From the human T2T-CHM13v2.0 reference genome, Homo sapiens, in NCBI RefSeq assembly GCF_009914755.1, contig NC_060932.1: a stretch of 64,000 nucleotides of DNA; one strand, given 5' to 3'. The stretch's first letter is position 1, and every line of letters begins with the position of its first letter. Shown here piece after piece: positions 56,151 through 64,000 of the stretch. A program made the translations under genes and the position numbers. Below the pieces are notes generated by a model. That model saw only the letters and a list, made by a program, of their open reading frames with translations. It did not search any database and was not told the origin of the DNA.

Positions 56151-56530
56151 TACACACACACAGTGGAATACTACTCAGCCATAAGAAGGAATGAATTAAC
56201 AGCATTTACAGTGACTTGGATGAGATTGGAGACTATTATTCTAAGTGAAGCAACTCAGGAATGGAAAACCAAACATTGTATGTTCTCACTGATATGTGAG
56301 AGCTAAGCTACGAGGACGCAAAGGCATGATAATGATACAATGGACTTTGGGGACTTGGGGGGAAGAGTGGGAGGGGGGCAATTGATAAAAAACTACAAAT
56401 ACAGTGCAGTGTATACTGCATGGGTGATGGGTGCGCCAAAATCTCACAAATCACCATTAAAGAACTTACTCATGTAACCAGATACCACCTGTACCCCAAT
56501 AACTTATGGAAAAATAAAATTAAAAAAATA
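53681..56530 (+). mobile_element. L1PB element with 5' UTR and 3' end but ORF1 and most of ORF2 deleted
   Basis: L1PB 5' start gatcatggcagactggaggcaggactagattgcagctcc. Junction at about 54913 into ORF2 ([27 protein letters not shown]). 3' UTR with (TA)n(CA)n at about 56117-56161 and A-rich tail. Confidence 0.88.
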
Positions 56531-56866
56531 AAGGTTTATTAATTTTAAAGAAAGATTTCATTGTTGGCTTTTAGTTAACATCTTTATTGATGATCTGAGG
56601 AAAGGGTAATCAGTTTGTCAAATTTCTATGTTATTCAATTAGTAACTATTCTAAAAAAAAGTTGGAGGATAATAAAGTGATACTAGTAGATTAGAGAAGT
56701 CAAATATTCTACCAGGAAAAGTAAAGAATAGACACATTTACTATCTAAAGAATCATTCTCTTTTTTTTTATGAACAAAAATTCTACAAAAGAATCCCAAA
56801 TCATTTTAAATTAACTTGATTTAAAGCAAAAGATGGAGGAAGTCCTAGCTAGAGCAATAAGACAAG

Positions 56867-56867
<1 letters not shown>

Positions 56868-56928
<61 letters not shown>
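56868..56928 (+). repeat. (GAAA)n tetranucleotide microsatellite
   Basis: About 15 perfect GAAA units expanded from an L1 ORF2 gagaaagaaa seed. Confidence 0.97.
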
Positions 56929-57332
56929 CATCCACACTGGAAAGGAAGAAGTTAAATTATCCTTGTTTTCAAATGATATGATCTGATATTTGGAAAAAGC
57001 TAAAGACTCCACCAAAAAACTATTAGACCCAATAAACAAATTCAGTAAAGTTGCAGGATAAAAAAATCAACATACAAAAATCAGTAACATTTCTCTATGC
57101 CAACTGCAAACAATCTGAAAAAGAATCAAGAAAGTAATCCCATATAAAATAGCTACAAATAAAATTAAATACCTATGAATAAGCTTAACCAAAGAAGTAA
57201 AATATCTCTACAAACAAAACTATAAAACACAGAGAAAGAAATTGAAGAGGACACCAAAAGATGGAAAAAAATTAAATGTTCATGGATTGGAAGAATTAAT
57301 ATTGTTAAAATGTCCATACTGCCCAAAGCAAT

Positions 57333-57794
57333 TGTGAACCCAGAAAATCTGAGACAGAGCTCAGGTAATTTAGAAAGTTTATTTTTGCCAAGGTTGAGGA
57401 CATGCCCATGACACAGCCACAGGAAGTCCTGACAACATGTGCCCAAAATGGTTGGGCATGGCTTGGTTTTATACATTTTAGGGAGACCTGAGACATCAGT
57501 CAATACATATAAGAAGTACATTGGTTCGGTCTGGAAAGGTGGAACAACTTAAAGCAAAGGCAGGAAGACTTGATGTGGGGAGGGAGCTTCCAGGTCACAG
57601 ACAGGTGAGAGACAAATGGTTAACATTCTTTTGAGTTTCTGATTAGCCTTTCCAAAGGAGGCAATCAGATATGCATCTATCTCAGTGAGCAGAGGGATAA
57701 CTTTGAATACAATGAGAGGCAGGTTTGCCTTAAGAAGTTTCCAGCTTGAGTTTTCCTTAATAATTTTGGGGGCCCAAGATATCTTCCTTTCACA
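57333..57794 (-). mobile_element. Solo ERV1 LTR (MER4A-like)
   Basis: tgtgaacccagaaaatctgagacag...atcttcctttcaca. Perfect 4-bp TSD caat (57329-57332, 57795-57798). The host L1 resumes exactly. Confidence 0.9.
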
Positions 57795-59855
57795 CAATCT
57801 ACAGATTCAATGCAATCTCTACCAAAATACCAATGACATTCTTTACAGAAATAGAAAAAACAATACTAAAATTTATATAGGACCACAAAAGACCCAGAAG
57901 AGCCAAAGCTATCCTGAACAAAAGGAACAAAGCTGGAGGAGTCATATTACCTGACTTCAAATTATACTACAGAACTATAGTAACCAAAACAGCATGGTAC
58001 TGGCATAAAAACAGACACATAGACCAATGGAACACAATAGAGATCCCAGAAATAAATCTATACATTTACACTGAGCTCATCTACAAAGGTGCCAAGAACA
58101 CACACCGGGGAAAGGACAGTCTATTCAAGAAACGATTCTGGGAAAGCTGGATATCCATATGCAGAAGGATGAAACTAGGCCCCTATCTCTTAACATATAT
58201 AAAACAATCAAATCAAAATGGATCAAAGACTTAAATCTAAGACCTCAAATTATGAAGCTACTACAAGAAAACATTGGAGAAATATGTCCAGGGCATTGGA
58301 CTGGGCAAAGATTTGTTGAGTAATATCCCACAAGCACAGGCAACCAAAGAAAAAAATGGACAAATGGGATCATTTCAAGTTAGAAAGCTTCCACACAGCA
58401 AAGAAAACAATCAACAAAGTGAAGAGAAAACCCACAAAATGGAGAAAACATTTTCAAACTATCCATCTGACAAGGGATTAATAATCAGAATATATAAGAA
58501 GCTCAAACAATTCAACAGGAAAAAATCCAATAATCTGATTAAGCAATGGGCAAAAGATCTGAATAGACATGTCTCAGACAAAGACATACAAATGGCAAAC
58601 AGGCATGAAAATCTGCTCAACATCACTGATCATCAGGAAAATGCAAGTCAAAACTACAGTGAGATACCATCTCACCCCAGTTAAAATTGCTTTTATCCTA
58701 AAAACAGGCATTAACAAATGTTGGTGAGGATGTGGAAAAAAGGGAACCCTTGTACACTGTTGATAGGAATGTAAATTAATTCAACCACTGTGGAGAACGG
58801 TTTGGATCTTTCTCAAAAAAATAAAAATAGAACAAATATATGATCTAGTAATCCCACTATTAGGTATATACCTAAAAGAAAGGAAATCAGTATATCAAAG
58901 AGATATCTGCACTCCATGTTTATTATTGCAGCACTATTCACAATGGCCAAGATTTGGAAGCAACTTAAGTGTCTATCAACAGATGAATGGATAAAGAAAA
59001 TGTGATACATATGCACAATGGAGTCTTATTCAGCCGTACAAAACAATGAGATCCTTTCATTTGCAATAACAGGAATGGAACTGAAATTCAATAAGTTAAG
59101 AGAAATAAACCAGTCACAGAAAGACAAACTTCACATGTTCTCACTTATTTGTTGAGCTAAAAATAATTAAAACAACTGAACCCATGGAGATAGAGAATAG
59201 AATGATGGTTACAAGAGGCTGGGAAGTGTAGTCAAGGAGGGTGAGGGTGGATGGCTAATGGGTACAAAAATGTAGTTAGAATAAGATCTAGTATCTGATA
59301 GCATAATAAGGTGACTACAGTTTCTTGTGCATTTAAAAATAACTGAAAGAGTATACACTGGATTGTTTGTAACACAAAGAAAGGATAAATGCTTGAGGTG
59401 ATGGATACCCCATTTACCCCGATATGATTATTATGCATTGAATGCCTGTATAAAAATATCTCATGTACCCCATACATATATATATAACTACTATGAACCC
59501 ACAAAAATTAAAAATTAAAAACAATATAAGAATATTTGATGGGCAAAACATTAATTAATTCACTGCTCAATAAATAGGCAAAAATATGAAAAGTCACAAA
59601 AAGTGACATACAATTAGTAAAATAACATGATAAAATGTTCAATGTATTTATTTGACAATGTTCATTCGAAAAATGTTCAAGCAAAATAAATCATCGAAAT
59701 TTTAAAAAATAAATTAGATGTCATTTTGTCTATTCAATGTTGTCTATTGGAGCTGGATATTACTAAAAGCAATGTTATGGTAAATAGCGAAATAGACCAA
59801 ATATTAAAATGCTCACACCCTTGACCAGATCATTAAATGTCTAGAAATATCTCTT

Positions 59856-60651
59856 TATTTTCCTTCAACTTTTAAGTTCCAGGGTACATGTGCAGGGTGT
59901 GCAGGTTCATTACATAGGTAAACATGTGCCATGGTGGTTTGCTGCACAGATCAACATGTCACCTGGGTATTAAGTCCATCATACATGAATTAGCTATTTT
60001 TCCAGATGCTCTCCCTCCCCCCACCCCTCCAACAGGCCCCAGGGTATGTTGCTCCCCCCGCTGACCCTGTGTTCATGTGTTCTTATTGTTCAGTTCTCAC
60101 TTATAAGTGGTAACATGTGGTGTTTGATTTTCTGTTCCTGCATTAGTTTGCTGAGGATGATGGCTTCCAGCTCCATCTGTGTCCCTGCAAAGAAAGTGAT
60201 CTTGTTCCTTTTTGTGGCTGCATAGTATCCCATGTGTATATGTACCACATTTTCTTTATCCAGTCTATCATTGGTGGGCATTTGGGTTGATTCCATGTTT
60301 TTGCTATTGTGAAGCAATAGTGATAGGCATTTGGGTTGATTCCATGTCTTTGCCATTGTCAATAGTGCTGCAACGAATATACGTGTGCATGTATCTTTAT
60401 AACAAAATGATTCATATTCCTTTGGGTATATACCCAGTAATGGGATTGCTGGGTCAAATGGTATTTCTGGTTCTAGATCTTTGAGGAATTGCCACACTGT
60501 CTTCCACAATGATTGAACTAATTTACATTCCCACCAACAGTGTAAAAGCATTCCTATTTCTCCACAGCCTCGCCAGCATCTGTTGCTTCTTGACTCTTTA
60601 ATATTTGCCATTCTTGTGTGAGATGGTATCTCATTGTGGTTTTGATCTGCA
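59856..60651 (-). mobile_element. 5'-truncated L1PA (about 0.8 kb)
   Basis: Antisense 3' UTR and ORF2 end ([23 protein letters not shown]). 14-bp TSD tagaaatat(c/g)tctt at 59842-59855 and 60652-60665. Confidence 0.95.
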
Positions 60652-61789
60652 TAGAAATATGTCTTAAGAAAATGTTCTGAAATACAAATGCTTTATGTAA
60701 GAATAAATAAATACATACATAAAATAAAACACAAGATGGAATGATAAGGACAGTTTTATTTGTGATTATGATGCCATATTTCTCTCAAAATAGCTCCTTT
60801 AGTTGCCACATATGTGGTCAAAGAGCCAACACAAAGTTTCAACCAATTGTGAGCAAATGAAGATGCAGTTATGCATCATGATTCTGTTTCTTTTGTCCAT
60901 AAACAAGAGTGGATTTGTCCATGGTGTTTTCTCTAATTCTAAACAAAAAATTTTAACAGAGCACTAAACTTTATTTGGCTAGTAACAAAGACTTACTCTC
61001 CCTTAATTAATACCACCCCATCTATACTTTTCTTTTTTATTCCCAGTCTCCTTTATTTTGAAGCCTGATCATTTGGTAGCTCCACAAAATGGACCCGAAG
61101 AAGTGAGCCTCATGCAGATGGATGATTGCAGTGACTTATCCAAGGTGTCTTAGGAGGTAGATGGTAGCTGTCAGTCAATATTCCTAATGCTACTCCAGTG
61201 CTCTGCTCACTAAACCACACTGTACGTAGCTACACTATTTGTAGTTTTAACATATTTGAACTACTTGATCCTTGATATTAAAAACATGTTCTTTTTCAGA
61301 TTCTGTGTCCAGCTATGCCCAGAATATTTGTAAACTCAGAATCTTGAGGCAACATTTTATAAAATATTTTACAGTGTATTATCATTTTATATTTAATTGC
61401 CTCTGGGCATGATACCTAGAAAAATGAAGCATGTTATAGGGAAAGTAATGTATGAGTAAATACTAAATATTTGGAGGAACTAGTAAAGAAAGGTGAGAAA
61501 AGAAAATGGTATCAGTTTTCTTTATATGTGTGGGTGTGTGTGTCTTACAAATCAGCAGAACAAAGCAACTTGGGATATATGTTCTTGGAATATATTTTTT
61601 TTCTCTCAGAAAATATTCTACTAATAGATGTACATGCTTTTGTGAAATCCATCTAGCTAAATGGGACAGGATTCCAGATTCTGTAATGCCCATGCAGGGT
61701 CTCAGGACTAGAGAATGATAATATATACAATTGTTGTCAATTGCGGTTGAACTTTAGAATTTTCAGAATAAATTCAAAGGAATTTTTAA

Positions 61790-61890
61790 AAATTTCAGTG
61801 TTTGAACTTTTGCAGTGAAACATAGACATTAGTATTTCCAGAAAGCTTCCTAGAGGATTCTGTTGCACAGTAAAGGTTAAGAACCACTGC
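61790..61890. mobile_element. MER5-like hAT end fragment
   Basis: aagcttcctagaggattctgttgcacagtaaaggttaagaaccactg resembles the MER5 terminus. Confidence 0.55.
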
Positions 61891-62411
61891 GATAGGCAAT
61901 ATCTCTGTTTGGTAAAGGATATATCCTATACTACAATACAACCAATGATTGCTGCTAGCAGAGGGCCTGCTATGTCTTACAAAAAAGCCTAAAGATGCAT
62001 AAAAGATTTAAAAGCCTCCTACTGTAGAGGAGGGCTGCCAGGCCTGTGCTACATTCCAATCAGGAAGGGTGCAGGAGCCACTCAATGGAGCCTAATCCTA
62101 AACAGCTGGCTAGTACAGTAATTTCACTGAGAAGCTGTAGTTCTTCATTTTGAAAGCCATTTGATCTGGCAACTCAGACAAGTTTTAGGGAAAGGCCCTT
62201 GAAATAACATTGATGGCTAATGAAGTGCTTTCTCAAGTTCAAAAGCAAAGCAAAGCTAACAGGCTCTAATTTTTTTTCTGAACAAATCTATACATGTATT
62301 TCTCCTTTCCTAATTAATTTTCATGTGCAGCTCATCTCCCAACAAAATGCTAAAGCTGAAGAGTCCTGAATAATATGTTTCCATATACATTCCTTTGATA
62401 CTTGTCTCATG

Positions 62412-63280
<869 letters not shown>

Positions 63281-63503
63281 ATGCTTCCATCTGGACAAAT
63301 AAGTTGTGTGAGTTGGAGGGTGCTGGGGCATCAGACGGTCATGTAGGGGTCAAAGTTTCCTTCAGCCTCCCAGTGCTGCTTGTCAGTGACCAGGGTCAGC
63401 AGGTGGCCACTGGTGACCAAGGACATGGCAGAGACAGTTCTCTTTCAGTCTCCAGGTGAGTGAGCAGATGAAGTGATGATAAAGTCTCAAAGTCTGATTG
63501 TTA

Positions 63504-63839
<336 letters not shown>

Positions 63840-64000
63840 TTATTCTCTGGTCCTATTTATGAGGTTTCCCCTATACATTCTTAAAACTTCGTTGATACAC
63901 TGATGTGAAATTAATAACCTTAGCAAAGAATAATAAAACACGTTTTTCTTTTTTTTTTCGTATAGCAGAAAAAGAATGCCAGACACAGCTGAAATCTTTC

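Larger units (their letters stand above)
56840..59520 (+). mobile_element. 5'-truncated L1MA-type element, interrupted by a MER4 LTR
   Basis: gaagtcctagctagagcaataagacaagagaaa ORF2 through an L1MA 3' UTR ending gaacccacaaaaattaaaaattaaaa. Confidence 0.9.

Noticed and set aside
54884-60611. ORFs resembling reverse transcriptase C-terminal segments
   Set aside because: They are fragmented L1 ORF2 remnants with stops and frameshifts, not intact CDS.

Overview
This is primate genomic DNA. A full-length SVA makes it hominid, most likely human. It is not prokaryotic: there is no CRISPR array, rRNA or tRNA gene, and no supportable protein-coding gene. Most of the window is interspersed repeat: ancient L1M, L2 and MIR; Tigger2 and Charlie1 DNA transposons; about a dozen solo ERV/MaLR LTRs; ten Alus; several L1PA/PB/MA pieces; and an SVA with a 16-bp target-site duplication (TSD). 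The ORFs in the track are repeat-derived or chance. The unusual content is a cluster of locally templated rearrangements of different ages. (1) An apparently 100%-identical 666-bp direct duplication, 15951-16616 copied to 21295-21960 into an L2. (2) A perfect 78-bp-arm inverted repeat with a 22-bp inverted spacer at 39091-39268, with the signature of a replication template switch. (3) An older inverted duplication of about 570 bp, 12834-13407 copied to 15317-15888 into a MER31-like LTR, carrying a transposon end plus its flank. (4) A 43-bp fold-back filler at the end of an LTR22/HML-5 solo LTR. I see no evidence of a new gene system. Repeat subfamily names come from recalled consensus similarity and need RepeatMasker/Dfam confirmation.
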